Assembly (NCBI GenBank): GCA_048940645.1 | Contig: JBHLOI010000043.1 | Span: 1-31,005, forward strand | DNA: 31,005 nt | Reading direction: 5' to 3' | DNA from: Promethearchaeota archaeon | GTDB taxonomy: Archaea; Asgardarchaeota; Lokiarchaeia; Sigyniarchaeales; SOKP01 | Made by a program: the position numbers and the translations under genes | Shown: positions 1-9,460 of the stretch, one piece after another | Layout: each line of letters starts with the position of its first letter | Position numbering within the stretch: position 1 is the stretch's first letter | Notes under the pieces: generated by a model | What the model saw: only the letters and a program-made list of their open reading frames with translations | Database searches by the model: none | What the model was told of the DNA's origin: nothing

Positions 1-120
1 TGTCTTTATACTTAATATTATTTACTAGCTGATTTTTAAATTTATGGCTAAATTTTTTGGTCAGAAAATCATTAGCTAATGTAGAATAAACTATAATTAA
101 ACAAGATTATAATAATAATT

Positions 121-318
121 ATGGTGAATTTTTTGCCAGAGTATATAGCTGAGATAAAATTCCATATTTTTCCATATAGAAAATTTAAATTTAGTGCTAA
201 AAATAAAAATGAAGCACGAAAGCTCGCTAGTGACCAAGTTGAGCAAATAATTAATTCCCTAAGTTATACTATTAAAAGTTTGAAACAAAAACAAACATTA
301 ATAGATGATTTTTTATAA
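121..318 (+). CDS. 65-aa hypothetical microprotein with C-terminal PIP-box-like motif (copy 1)
   Basis: Paralog at 4803..5000 has 58/65 identical aa and many synonymous differences, which supports real coding status. The protein ends QTLIDDFL. Confidence 0.8.
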   Translation: MVNFLPEYIAEIKFHIFPYRKFKFSAKNKNEARKLASDQVEQIINSLSYTIKSLKQKQTLIDDFL

Positions 319-361
319 ATCAATCTAATTAGATAAAAAAAAAGTGGAATTATATTATTGC

Positions 362-540
362 TTAATCTTTTACTAAATACCCAGTGTAATGGATACCAGT
401 TTCTGGACTTACTCCACCCAAATAAATTGATTCACAGTTTATAACTTTCCAGCCTTCCTGCAGATACTTATTAATCATTTCTTCGAACTTTAACTTCCTT
501 GTTTAAGTTGTTCAAAGATTTGAACACGGTAATGTTTTAA
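362..540 (-). pseudogene. possible frameshifted or degraded small gene
   Basis: Minus strand reads KHYRVQIFEQLKQGS in one frame, then KFEEMINKYLQEGWKVINCESIYLGGVSPETGIHYTGYLVKD* (stop at 362-364) in another. The 'INxYLQEGWKV' segment looks like small DUF4177/DUF1737-type proteins. No clear full-length start. Confidence 0.35.
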
Positions 541-572
541 AATATCGGATGGATCCTTATTTATGAAAAATA

Positions 573-2966
573 ATGAATCGTAAAGGATTAATACCAGTCG
601 CTTTCTTGTTTAGTTATTTAATTGTTTTTAATTCTATTTCTATAGTCGTCAATAGTGTCCCATATTCACCAAATAATTCTAACAATAACGACCTTTATGA
701 CATAGACTATTTTGAATTAATAGATGAAGTCTATGAGTTAACAAATTCAGAAAAGCAATTGTTAAACCAGAATAAGTTCGTAGTTCTGAATCGGATGGGA
801 ACAGAAGATATTCTAGATGCTTATAAGTTTTACTGGGTAAACGATTTGCCTATATTTATAACAACTGATACAATACTTCATACATGGCATCTAATCTTCG
901 ACCACACTCTTGAAGATCTCGAAGAAAAAATCTTCTATCCTCTTCTGAGTGAACTGGGACATAATATCATTTTAAATGCATTAATAGAGTATAATAATGA
1001 CCATTTAATGGATGATACTCTAATTTATCTTATAGTAGCCTCTGAACTATCGAACTCAACTTCTAGTGAAGAAATCCCTCCAGATATTAAATACGCTTCA
1101 GAAAAGATTATTACTGCCATTATGAATGAAATTTCACTAGATACTGCTATTTTCCAATTTAAAACAGAATTAACAGAACGGTTTATTGATGATTTTAGCC
1201 AATATAAACCAAGAGGTCATTATACCCATTCGGAAACATTGAAACTGTATTTTAGGCTATTTAAATGGCTTTCAAGGATTCCTTTCTTTTTTGATGATTA
1301 TGATGGAGTAAAATTCCTTCAGACACCTCCTACTGAGTTGATTAAATCTGCCATTGAAATTACATGGTTATTAAAAGAAACAAAAATTAGATGTTTCGAG
1401 AATGATATCACAGGGCTAGAAATCTGGAGCATATTCAAATCATTTTTAGATGTTATTGTTGGACAAACTAATTCAATATCACCAATTATTATTGATACGA
1501 TTTGTAAAAATCTTTTAGGTGATCTCTGGTATATTGGAGATATTGATGAAAATCTGATATCTCAAGTCCAAGAAATGGTCTTAAATGATCCAACGATACC
1601 TAAGCCAAAAATCCCGTACATTATTGATGCTAGAGCTGGTTCCTCTAGTTCCCCCAAAACATTCGTGCTTTTTGGTGAACGATTAACATTAGATAGCTAT
1701 GCGCTTAATCACTTTGTTTATCCATATGTTTATCGATTTTTACCTACTAGTCTAGATTTTGCAGCAGCATGTTTAGAATCAGAACGCTCTTTTGAACTTC
1801 TTGCACCTGAATTTAGCAAATATCCAGGATTATTTGAAAGAATATTAGAGATGCAGGAGGAATTAAATAACATTACTGGAGTAGAAAAACAAACTGCCCA
1901 TTGGCAGTGGGTTGAATCATTAAAAGACATTGCAGTGAATCAACCTGAGTGTAATGGAAGCCTTATCCTCCCTGAATTCATGAATTCACTTGCTTGGCTC
2001 GATGAAAAACTCACCACCATTATGGGTTCATGGACTCAACTGAAACATGACCTAATCCTCTACTCAAAGCAATCAATCACCATAGTTGTATGCTCAACTC
2101 CTACTGGCTACGTTGAGCCATATCCAGAATTTTACAAATCATTACGAAATCTTAGTCAGCTTTATAAAAATTCATTATTACCTTTGGAGACAATAGGATA
2201 TAATTTCTCTCTTCATGAATACTATTATCTTTGGGCATTAGATGATTTTAGTGAAGCAACGGCAATGCTTGAAGCAATTTCTTCTAAGGAATTAAAAGGC
2301 ATACAGTTAACAGAAGATGAGAAGCAGTTTATTAATTCAACCTATGAACAAATGGGTGGCTGTGGGGGTCCATTTGTAGAAGGGTGGCTAGCTGAAATAA
2401 TTAGAAAGCTTGATGTAGCATACATAAATGCAGATAAGTTTCCAAATTCCCGCACGTCTTTGGTTGCTGATATTCATACCGATACAAATACGGGAGATAT
2501 CTTACATTTGGCTACAGGTCTTTTAGAACCGATAATTGCTATTGTCCCAGGATGGGAAGGCGATGAAATTACTGTTGTAGGTCCAGTTTTTTCCTTTTAT
2601 GAGTTTGCGCTACCTAGTTATCAACGATTAAATGACGAGGAATGGAGAGGAATATTGGCATTGTGGTTAAATGAAACTCATCGTGAGAATTATGATTTTG
2701 GGATTTTTCCGCGTGGTTTTTGGGCTGAAAGCTATATGACATCAACAGAAATGACTATTAGCAGGATTTTTATTGATAAAGAAGAATTTGAACCTCCCAA
2801 TTGGTTCGCTAGTGATGGAAATACAATCTCGAATGTATTAAAAGAGCAAATAATAGTTCCCATACTAATTGGTAGCTCCATCTGCGTAGTTATATTAGTA
2901 ATAGGTATAAATATGAAAAAATCGAGTTTAAAAAAAAAAAGAAATAAAATTAAACAAATTCAATAA
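573..2966 (+). CDS. DUF3160 domain-containing secreted/membrane-anchored protein
   Basis: Motifs PIFITTDTILHTWH, DFSQYKPRGHYT, SWTQLKHDLILYSKQ, GYVEPYPEFY, VADIHT and GPVFSFYEF. N-terminal hydrophobic segment, and a C-terminal TM helix followed by a basic tail. Confidence 0.85.
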   Translation: MNRKGLIPVAFLFSYLIVFNSISIVVNSVPYSPNNSNNNDLYDIDYFELIDEVYELTNSEKQLLNQNKFVVLNRMGTEDILDAYKFYWVNDLPIFITTDTILHTWHLIFDHTLEDLEEKIFYPLLSELGHNIILNALIEYNNDHLMDDTLIYLIVASELSNSTSSEEIPPDIKYASEKIITAIMNEISLDTAIFQFKTELTERFIDDFSQYKPRGHYTHSETLKLYFRLFKWLSRIPFFFDDYDGVKFLQTPPTELIKSAIEITWLLKETKIRCFENDITGLEIWSIFKSFLDVIVGQTNSISPIIIDTICKNLLGDLWYIGDIDENLISQVQEMVLNDPTIPKPKIPYIIDARAGSSSSPKTFVLFGERLTLDSYALNHFVYPYVYRFLPTSLDFAAACLESERSFELLAPEFSKYPGLFERILEMQEELNNITGVEKQTAHWQWVESLKDIAVNQPECNGSLILPEFMNSLAWLDEKLTTIMGSWTQLKHDLILYSKQSITIVVCSTPTGYVEPYPEFYKSLRNLSQLYKNSLLPLETIGYNFSLHEYYYLWALDDFSEATAMLEAISSKELKGIQLTEDEKQFINSTYEQMGGCGGPFVEGWLAEIIRKLDVAYINADKFPNSRTSLVADIHTDTNTGDILHLATGLLEPIIAIVPGWEGDEITVVGPVFSFYEFALPSYQRLNDEEWRGILALWLNETHRENYDFGIFPRGFWAESYMTSTEMTISRIFIDKEEFEPPNWFASDGNTISNVLKEQIIVPILIGSSICVVILVIGINMKKSSLKKKRNKIKQIQ

Positions 2967-2984
2967 TTACTTTATTTTACTTTT

Positions 2985-3329
2985 TTATTTTATCAATACA
3001 ATTGACTCTTCACAAAAATCATCTTGTCCAGTTCTGAATTTTTCGAGCTCATATTGTAAATTAGGACTTAATTCTTTAACTAAACTATTCATAAATGGTA
3101 TAGCACTTCTCCAGCAAAATGGTTCTGGGTCTAACCCCATCATTTTAGCAGCTTCATACACGGGACATTTTCCTACTTTAATACTAATTTTTTCATCAGT
3201 CTCTTTAAAAATCTCAGATTCAATACCAAAACCTTTAATAGCATCTGAAGCTAAAATGGAAGCGTTTTTTGGACTCATCTCTTTAATCTTTTCCCGTCTT
3301 GCTTGGCTTTTTGACATCTTACCTTGTAG
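2985..3329 (-). pseudogene. 5'-truncated paralog of the gene at 11101..11583 (ATC-hydrolase/V4R-like fold)
   Basis: Nucleotide similarity to 11101..~11443 stops abruptly at ~3329. About 45-50 N-terminal residues are missing. Confidence 0.75.
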
Positions 3330-3347
3330 AACTATCTCGAATTTTTT

Positions 3348-3455
3348 TTATTTTTCTAACATTTTATTAAGTGGATCCCAATAATAATTATCCCACCCTT
3401 CTTCTATAGTTTCACAAGATGTCTCAGGAATATCAGCATGCGTAAACTTTATCTT
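3348..3455 (-). pseudogene. 3' remnant of an SRPBCC/AHSA1 (Aha1-like START) domain gene
   Basis: Reads KIKFTHADIPETSCETIEEGWDNYYWDPLNKMLEK*, matching the AHSA1 C-terminal 'THxxxP...GWxxYYWxxL' helix. No start codon, and an upstream in-frame stop at 3468-3470. Confidence 0.65.
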
Positions 3456-3505
3456 TATAAAATATAATTATAACTTTTTATTACTTCAATTTAATTGTTT
3501 TTTAT

Positions 3506-3553
3506 ATGACAGAATTAAAGACCAAACCAAATGATAAAAGTGTTACTGAGTTT
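3506..3553 (+). pseudogene. 5' remnant resembling the N-terminus of a DUF1801-family gene
   Basis: ATG at 3506 gives MTELKTKPNDKSVTEF, like the 'MAELKTxxNDxSVxxF' start of DUF1801 proteins. The frame then runs into unrelated sequence and stops at 3610. Confidence 0.5.
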
Positions 3554-3727
3554 ACTTTTGAATCCATTTTCTCGTTATATACCATTAGCTATCAGCTTAT
3601 ATTTTTATAAAGAATTATTTTAATCTATGATAAGCATTATTCAATATTAATTAATTTAACTTTGAAATCATAATAATCTTTTTATTCCATCCTTATCTAT
3701 GATATAGCATTAAAAAAGCAAAGAGTC

Positions 3728-4576
3728 TTGATTAAGTTGGAAGCTTTAATAGGTTTTATTATGATATTGATCATTAGTCTTTTTAGTTTAATAGGTGTAT
3801 TTATGATTTCAGTCAAAGAGAATACTTTAGATAAGATCTTATTTATTCTTGTGGCATTTGCTACAGGTACAATTCTTGCTACAGCATTATTTGATTTAAT
3901 TCCTGAATCAGTCCACCACCTTGAAGAGTTAAATGCAGGAGGGGCGGGTATTACTGAAAGTATTCTATTTGCATTAATTATTTTAGGATTTGTAATCTTC
4001 TTTGTTATAGAACGTTTTATTTATTGGTTTCATGGACATGCTCACGAAAAGGATGACAAATTAGTCTGTTACGGCACTCTCACAGAAGGCTTCGAAAATA
4101 TTGTTGATAGAGGGAAACAGATTAAAAGCTTCGCACTTCTTAATTTAATAGGTGATGGTTTACACAATTTATTAGATGGCGTCATTATAATGGTCGCATT
4201 CTTAAGTGGATTGGGGAATGGATTTATTGTCACTCTTGCTGTTTTATTCCATGAAATACCACAGGAAATTGGAGATTTCGGAATCCTTTTATATGGAGGA
4301 TTTTCAAAAAAGAAAGCTCTTTTATTTAACTTTGGAAGTGCGTTGGTTGCAATACTTGGAGGCATTTTAGCTTTTATCTTGTCAACTCAAATAGAATTGT
4401 TTAATTTCTTTTTTCTATCGTTTTCTGGAGGAGGTTTTTTATATATCGCAAGCACAGAACTCATGCCTGAACTGTTAAGAGAAAAGAACTTAAAGAGATC
4501 AATTATTCAAGCATTGGTATTCTTAACTGGTGTCATCCTTATAATGCTCTTAGTTATCGCTCTGCCTCATGAATAA
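3728..4576 (+). CDS. ZIP family divalent metal (zinc/iron) transporter
   Basis: Multi-TM protein with AFATGTIL, DLIPES, a His-rich loop HGHAHE, and metal-site motifs GDGLHNLLDG and HEIPQEIGDFGIL. Confidence 0.93.
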   Translation: MIKLEALIGFIMILIISLFSLIGVFMISVKENTLDKILFILVAFATGTILATALFDLIPESVHHLEELNAGGAGITESILFALIILGFVIFFVIERFIYWFHGHAHEKDDKLVCYGTLTEGFENIVDRGKQIKSFALLNLIGDGLHNLLDGVIIMVAFLSGLGNGFIVTLAVLFHEIPQEIGDFGILLYGGFSKKKALLFNFGSALVAILGGILAFILSTQIELFNFFFLSFSGGGFLYIASTELMPELLREKNLKRSIIQALVFLTGVILIMLLVIALPHE

Positions 4577-4802
4577 AGTTAAACTTAGAGGAATTTTCTA
4601 ATGAATAATTTAAAGTTATCTTTAATTATTTTAAACCTTGCTCTCACATCTAGCCCATCTTAATGTTGACTGTATATATGAAAAAAATAATTAATATAGG
4701 TAAATCTAAATTAGATTGGAAGTATTTATGGAAACTTATTAGAAAAGCATAATTAAAATAAATATATAAAATGATTTATTCTTCAACATTATTATAATAA
4801 TT

Positions 4803-5000
4803 TTGGTGAACTTTTTGCCAGAGTATATAGCTGAGATAAAATTCCATATTTTTCCTTATAGGAAATTTAAAATTAGTGCTAAGGATAAAAAGGAAGCAAG
4901 AAAGCTCGCAAGTGACCAAGCTGAACAAATAATTAATTCCTTGAATTTTACCATTAAAAGTTTGAGACAAAAGCAAACATTAATAGATGACTTTTTATGA
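4803..5000 (+). CDS. 65-aa hypothetical microprotein with C-terminal PIP-box-like motif (copy 2)
   Basis: Paralog of 121..318. Start is TTG 4803 or GTG 4806. Confidence 0.78.
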   Translation: MVNFLPEYIAEIKFHIFPYRKFKISAKDKKEARKLASDQAEQIINSLNFTIKSLRQKQTLIDDFL

Positions 5001-5105
5001 AAAAACATAAAATTATTTAAAATGTTAGCTCTATAGAGCTTTATAGAGATAAAGCTTTTTTGCTAGGTGCTATAATGTGTTTATTATAATTTCTTTGGCG
5101 AATAT

Positions 5106-5771
5106 TTATTTTTTCAACAAGATTATCTGAAAAAAGCTTAGGAATTTTTTAATGGGAATTTGTTTCAATATTTCAAAACCAGATTTTTTTAATTCTTTCA
5201 ATATATTTCTCTGCATTTCGAATGAATGGGAAGTCAATTTTTCAATAAAACCCAAATAGAAGTTATAGAGAATTCGCAGTGAAATTTTTGAAGGCTCATG
5301 ATGTTCAAAAATTAAACAGAATCCTCCTCCTTTCAATATTCGATAGATTTCAGAAAGAACGTTGAGTCTTTGATTCTTATCCATTTCATGCAAAGCTGCA
5401 GAAATTATGACATGATTAAAAGAATCATTTGAAAATTTTAGTTCATTAGCATCCATTAGTGCAAATTTTAAATTGGGATATTTATTCTTTTTCTGTGCCT
5501 TGGCGATCTGACCAAATGATAAATCAACTCCTATTATTTTACATTCTCTATAAATCAAGCTTGTGATTAAGACTGTAAGCGTACCAGTTCCACAGCATAG
5601 ATCTAATATACGATCTTTTCTTTTAATATATGGAGCCAAACTGTTAAAAACACTAGCTCGTAGTATTTTTTCCCCTGATGGGGTTAACCCAATCTTTAAT
5701 CCAATATCATAAAACTTGGAAATAAATAAATTATATGCTTTTTTATAACGTTTTGATTGATATTCCGTCAT
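5106..5771 (-). CDS. class I SAM-dependent methyltransferase (UbiE/MenG-like)
   Basis: Motif I ILDLCCGTG, followed by GVDLS, MDANEL, SAALHEM and EIYRILKGGG. Confidence 0.9.
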   Translation of the reverse strand: MTEYQSKRYKKAYNLFISKFYDIGLKIGLTPSGEKILRASVFNSLAPYIKRKDRILDLCCGTGTLTVLITSLIYRECKIIGVDLSFGQIAKAQKKNKYPNLKFALMDANELKFSNDSFNHVIISAALHEMDKNQRLNVLSEIYRILKGGGFCLIFEHHEPSKISLRILYNFYLGFIEKLTSHSFEMQRNILKELKKSGFEILKQIPIKKFLSFFQIILLKK

Positions 5772-5874
5772 CTCAAGGCAAAATTTTATTTTAAAATTTC
5801 TAATAGTAAATAAAAAGCAGAAATAAATATTGAAAAAAACTCTGTTTATTTATTATAAACAAAAGATACGAAAA

Positions 5875-6561
5875 ATGGAAAGAAACCAAAAACTAACTGA
5901 GGATTTAACTAAATTCTCAAGTAAAAAGGGTATTGACATTATTGGTTTTGCAAATCCTAAGGAATATGAAAGGTTTAAACTTGAGAACAGGCCAGAAACT
6001 TACATGAAAGACGTAAGTACGGTAATTGTAATTGGAATATATTTATATGACATTATACTCGATGCTTGGAGCGAAGATCAAACTACTGGTAAGAGCTTTC
6101 ATTATTTAGATTCAATACTGGAGAGTCGAGCCCATTATTTAAAGGATTTTCTATTAAAAAAATCATATAAATCCAAGATTATGCCCTATACCCCTGGAAT
6201 TTTTTTGAAAGATTCAGCAGCTTTAGCTGGGCTAGGCCCTATAGGAAAGAACAACTTATTTATAAGTATGAAATTTGGCTCTCAAGTTAGGTTAAGGGCA
6301 ATCATTACAGAAGCGCCATTGGTGACAGGAAACCCTATTAAAGAGAGTAAATACTGCGAAGAATGTGAAATTTGTATTGCAAAGTGCCCAGCTAAAGCAT
6401 TAAGCTCAGAGGGTTATAATAAGCAAGCATGCTTGTCTTATAATTTAGCAAATCTGAGGAAACTTTCGGATTATACTTCAATTTGGTGTAATATTTGCAT
6501 AGAAACTTGTCCTTACACTAAAAAAAGTCAAGAAAGTAATCTTAAAGGATATTTTGATTGA
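5875..6561 (+). CDS. QueG/reductive-dehalogenase-like 2x[4Fe-4S] protein (epoxyqueuosine reductase-like)
   Basis: GIDIIGFA, KDSAALAGLGPIGKNNLFIS..FGSQVRLRAIITEAPL, CEECEICIAKCP and CNICIETCP. ATG 5875 is preferred over TTG 5830. Confidence 0.85.
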   Translation: MERNQKLTEDLTKFSSKKGIDIIGFANPKEYERFKLENRPETYMKDVSTVIVIGIYLYDIILDAWSEDQTTGKSFHYLDSILESRAHYLKDFLLKKSYKSKIMPYTPGIFLKDSAALAGLGPIGKNNLFISMKFGSQVRLRAIITEAPLVTGNPIKESKYCEECEICIAKCPAKALSSEGYNKQACLSYNLANLRKLSDYTSIWCNICIETCPYTKKSQESNLKGYFD

Positions 6562-6671
6562 TATAATCAAATATTTGCTTTTTATTACCTATAGTTTAAA
6601 ATTAAAAATTTTAAATAAGACAAAATGGATATAAAATTTAAAATAGACTTTTTCCAAATGTGATTGTAATA

Positions 6672-7427
6672 ATGAGTGAAGAAAAACCGAAACCAACAAC
6701 ATCAAAACAAAATAAACTTGTAGGTCCAGGGTTAGGTTTAATTATCATGGGAGTAGCTTATCTTGTTTGGTGGTTATCGTTTATTGAATATGCAATAAAT
6801 GACCCAAGATGGACACATAATATTGCATATGCTATTATTATAATGAATGTGGGTTTAGCCTGGTATCATAAAACTCCATTATCAAGAACTATTTCGATGA
6901 TCCAATCCTTCATGTTACCTATAACAGCGAGCGGATCATTTAATACTGTAATTTGTACTATTATATCTTCAATAATACTTGGGATTTGGATAATTATTGT
7001 AGTGGTTGAAAAGACTAAAAGAAAGAAATATTTTGAAAAAAACTTAAGTAAAAGAGGAAATAATTGGCTGAATATGCATACATTAATAATTGCATGGATA
7101 TTAGTAGGACACATGGGTTTAATGTTCTTCATCGTTAGACTGCCTTTAGAAGCTCAACTATATAGTTATGGTGAAGGTGCAGGGTATCTCATCAATTTAC
7201 CCCCGGAGAGTCTTGAATTCGCTACTTGGGCTTTTAATATTGGGTTATTTGTTCTAATTTCCGTAATCCTATGGGAGCAATACAAGATGGGATATAATAT
7301 ACAAAATAACCCTTGGCCAAGAAAAAGCTTTTGGGTTGTAATTATTACAATGGGAGCTTCCTTAATTGCTTTAGCCATTCAAAGTGTTACAGTGGGTATG
7401 GATTGGGTAAGTTTGGTCTACGGGTAA
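6672..7427 (+). CDS. hypothetical integral membrane protein (~6-7 TM)
   Basis: Multiple hydrophobic helices with embedded His/Trp (RWTHNIAY, LNMHTL, LVGHMG). Co-oriented with the downstream cluster. Confidence 0.8.
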   Translation: MSEEKPKPTTSKQNKLVGPGLGLIIMGVAYLVWWLSFIEYAINDPRWTHNIAYAIIIMNVGLAWYHKTPLSRTISMIQSFMLPITASGSFNTVICTIISSIILGIWIIIVVVEKTKRKKYFEKNLSKRGNNWLNMHTLIIAWILVGHMGLMFFIVRLPLEAQLYSYGEGAGYLINLPPESLEFATWAFNIGLFVLISVILWEQYKMGYNIQNNPWPRKSFWVVIITMGASLIALAIQSVTVGMDWVSLVYG

Positions 7428-7483
7428 TTTTTTTATGAATTGAAAATTTAAATCAAATAATTAAGGAGATTAACGATATTTCT

Positions 7484-8569
7484 ATGAGAAGAGAGGATGT
7501 TCCATTAAAACACGCGGGAATGGCTTCTGAATTTGAGCTTCAAAAGCAATATTTTGACGAGGGTAAAATCTTTATCCTTCAAATTGAATCCACGTTAAGA
7601 TGTACTCAGTTATGTGATTATTGTTATGCAGGAAGCACACCAGATAGTCCACAGGGAATGGATTCTGAAAAGATCAAAGAATTATTAGATGCAGCATCCA
7701 AAATAGGAGTCTGTATGATTGATTGGTTGGGAGGAGATCCTTTCTTAAGAAAGGATTGGTATGAACTATGCAAATATGCTTCAAACTTACAATTAATCAA
7801 TAACATTTGGACTAGTGGTATTCCTTTAGCAAATCCAAAGATAGCAAAAAAAGCAGTTGAGGTAACTGAGGGAGGCTTTATCTCAACACATCTAGATACT
7901 CTTAATCCAGAACTATATAGTATTTTACATGGAGGTGAAGGATGTGCTGGGGATTCTAATAATATACAACTAATTCTAAATGGAATCAAAAATGTTCTAT
8001 CTGAAGGAAAAAATCCTGGAGCAATGGTAAATTGCATTACGTACACATCTCCCTTAGCAGATGGGGATGCCAAAAGGATGATTTCATATATGCAAGAAGA
8101 GTTTAGCATTAAGACTTGTTTAACCTTATTTAACCCTGTCATATACCGTAATGCTAATACTTCTTGGGAACCTAATATTAGTCAAATTGAGGATGCATTT
8201 AGTTATAGGGACAATATGAATTATCCCGACGATCCTTCATGTGGATCTATGGATGTATCAAAGTTTTACTGTGGTACGGTAATTTGTATAACTTATGATG
8301 GTTGGATTACTCCTTGCTCAGTTATTCGAACCCAAGAATTTGGCAATGTGAACAATGAGAAACTTGACGTGTTAATTGAAAAACATAAAAAAAGACTTCT
8401 TTTTTTAGATTTTCGAGATCCTTCTAAACTTCCAGGGAATTGTGGAAATTGTATTAATAATTCATTTTGTTTTGGATGTAGAAGTAGTGCTTACTATTAT
8501 GAAGGAGATATATTGGCAACTGATCCCAAATGTTACCAATTCACCCCCAATCTCATTAAGGAAGAATAG
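7484..8569 (+). CDS. radical SAM protein with SPASM domain
   Basis: CTQLCDYC (CxxxCxxC) and WLGGDP. SPASM cysteines in CGTVIC..DGWITPCSV..GNV and CGNCINNSFCFGCR..DPKC. Confidence 0.92.
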   Translation: MRREDVPLKHAGMASEFELQKQYFDEGKIFILQIESTLRCTQLCDYCYAGSTPDSPQGMDSEKIKELLDAASKIGVCMIDWLGGDPFLRKDWYELCKYASNLQLINNIWTSGIPLANPKIAKKAVEVTEGGFISTHLDTLNPELYSILHGGEGCAGDSNNIQLILNGIKNVLSEGKNPGAMVNCITYTSPLADGDAKRMISYMQEEFSIKTCLTLFNPVIYRNANTSWEPNISQIEDAFSYRDNMNYPDDPSCGSMDVSKFYCGTVICITYDGWITPCSVIRTQEFGNVNNEKLDVLIEKHKKRLLFLDFRDPSKLPGNCGNCINNSFCFGCRSSAYYYEGDILATDPKCYQFTPNLIKEE

Positions 8570-8620
8570 TGTTGGTTAACCTTAAATCTATTATATTATA
8601 ATCAATCAAAAGTATAGAGA

Positions 8621-9424
8621 ATGAATAAAAAAAAGTATGATTTTTCGGTATGGGATGTAAGCCAAGTTTATGCAGGTCCTGGTGGTAAGCTTTGGGAACT
8701 GCTTATGGGTGAACAAATCCATGTCGGAGGAGCAGAACAGACAGACATTTTAGCAAAGAAAGTTGGACTTGACAAAGAAAGGGATATCTACTTATTAGAT
8801 ATTTGTTCGGCTCTGGGTGGTCCAGCGAGACATTTGGCAGAAAAATATGGAACCAGAGTCGTTGGATTAGATATAACTCCTGAAATGATCGAGGAAGCTA
8901 AAGAAAGAACATTAGGAAAACCTTATGTGGATAAGATCGAATATAGGCTTGGATCCGCTTTAGATGTACCTGCTCACGCAAACACTTTTGATGTGGTGTG
9001 GGGTCAAGATGCTTGGTGTTACATTAGAGACAAACCAAGACTTATAGAGGAAACTAATAGAGTTTTAAAATCTGGAGGTGTTCTAGCATTTACAGATTGG
9101 ATTTGGGGATCAATTGATGCTCCTGATACTGATGCTGATTATCTGATGGAATTCATGGTGTTCCCTGATATGCAAACTCTAGATGGATATGCTAAGCTTA
9201 TTGAAGATGCTGGACTGATACTTATAGAAAACAATGACTTGGGAGAAGATTTTGCTAATCATATGGATAGTTATATCTCAATTCTCAACACAAATAAACA
9301 GAATATAATTGAAGGATTCGGAGAAGAGTTATATGTTGAAGCAGAGAAAGGAGTAATGGCTTGGCAGAAAGCGGTTCATAATAAATGGGTAAGCAGAGGT
9401 ATGTGGATTGCTAAAAAGCCTTAG
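8621..9424 (+). CDS. class I SAM methyltransferase, sarcosine/dimethylglycine N-methyltransferase-like
   Basis: MGEQIHVGG (cf. GEDIHIG of SDMT), LLDICSALGGPARHLA, GLDIT, FDVVWGQDAWCY and RVLKSGGVLAFTD. Confidence 0.85.
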   Translation: MNKKKYDFSVWDVSQVYAGPGGKLWELLMGEQIHVGGAEQTDILAKKVGLDKERDIYLLDICSALGGPARHLAEKYGTRVVGLDITPEMIEEAKERTLGKPYVDKIEYRLGSALDVPAHANTFDVVWGQDAWCYIRDKPRLIEETNRVLKSGGVLAFTDWIWGSIDAPDTDADYLMEFMVFPDMQTLDGYAKLIEDAGLILIENNDLGEDFANHMDSYISILNTNKQNIIEGFGEELYVEAEKGVMAWQKAVHNKWVSRGMWIAKKP

Positions 9425-9460
9425 TTTTATTTAATAAAGTTATTTAATTAGTTTTTTAAT

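Noticed and set aside
121-5000. Composite transposon or integrated element bounded by the duplicated microprotein genes
   Set aside because: No transposase or integrase, terminal inverted repeats or target-site duplication were seen, and the copies are diverged with a coding-type substitution pattern.
5875-6561. Gene symbol queG
   Set aside because: It is a short QueG-like Fe-S protein, and a queuosine role is not supportable in an archaeal context.
7484-9424. Naming these genes arsS and arsM
   Set aside because: The rSAM has a SPASM architecture and the methyltransferase lacks ArsM cysteine motifs.
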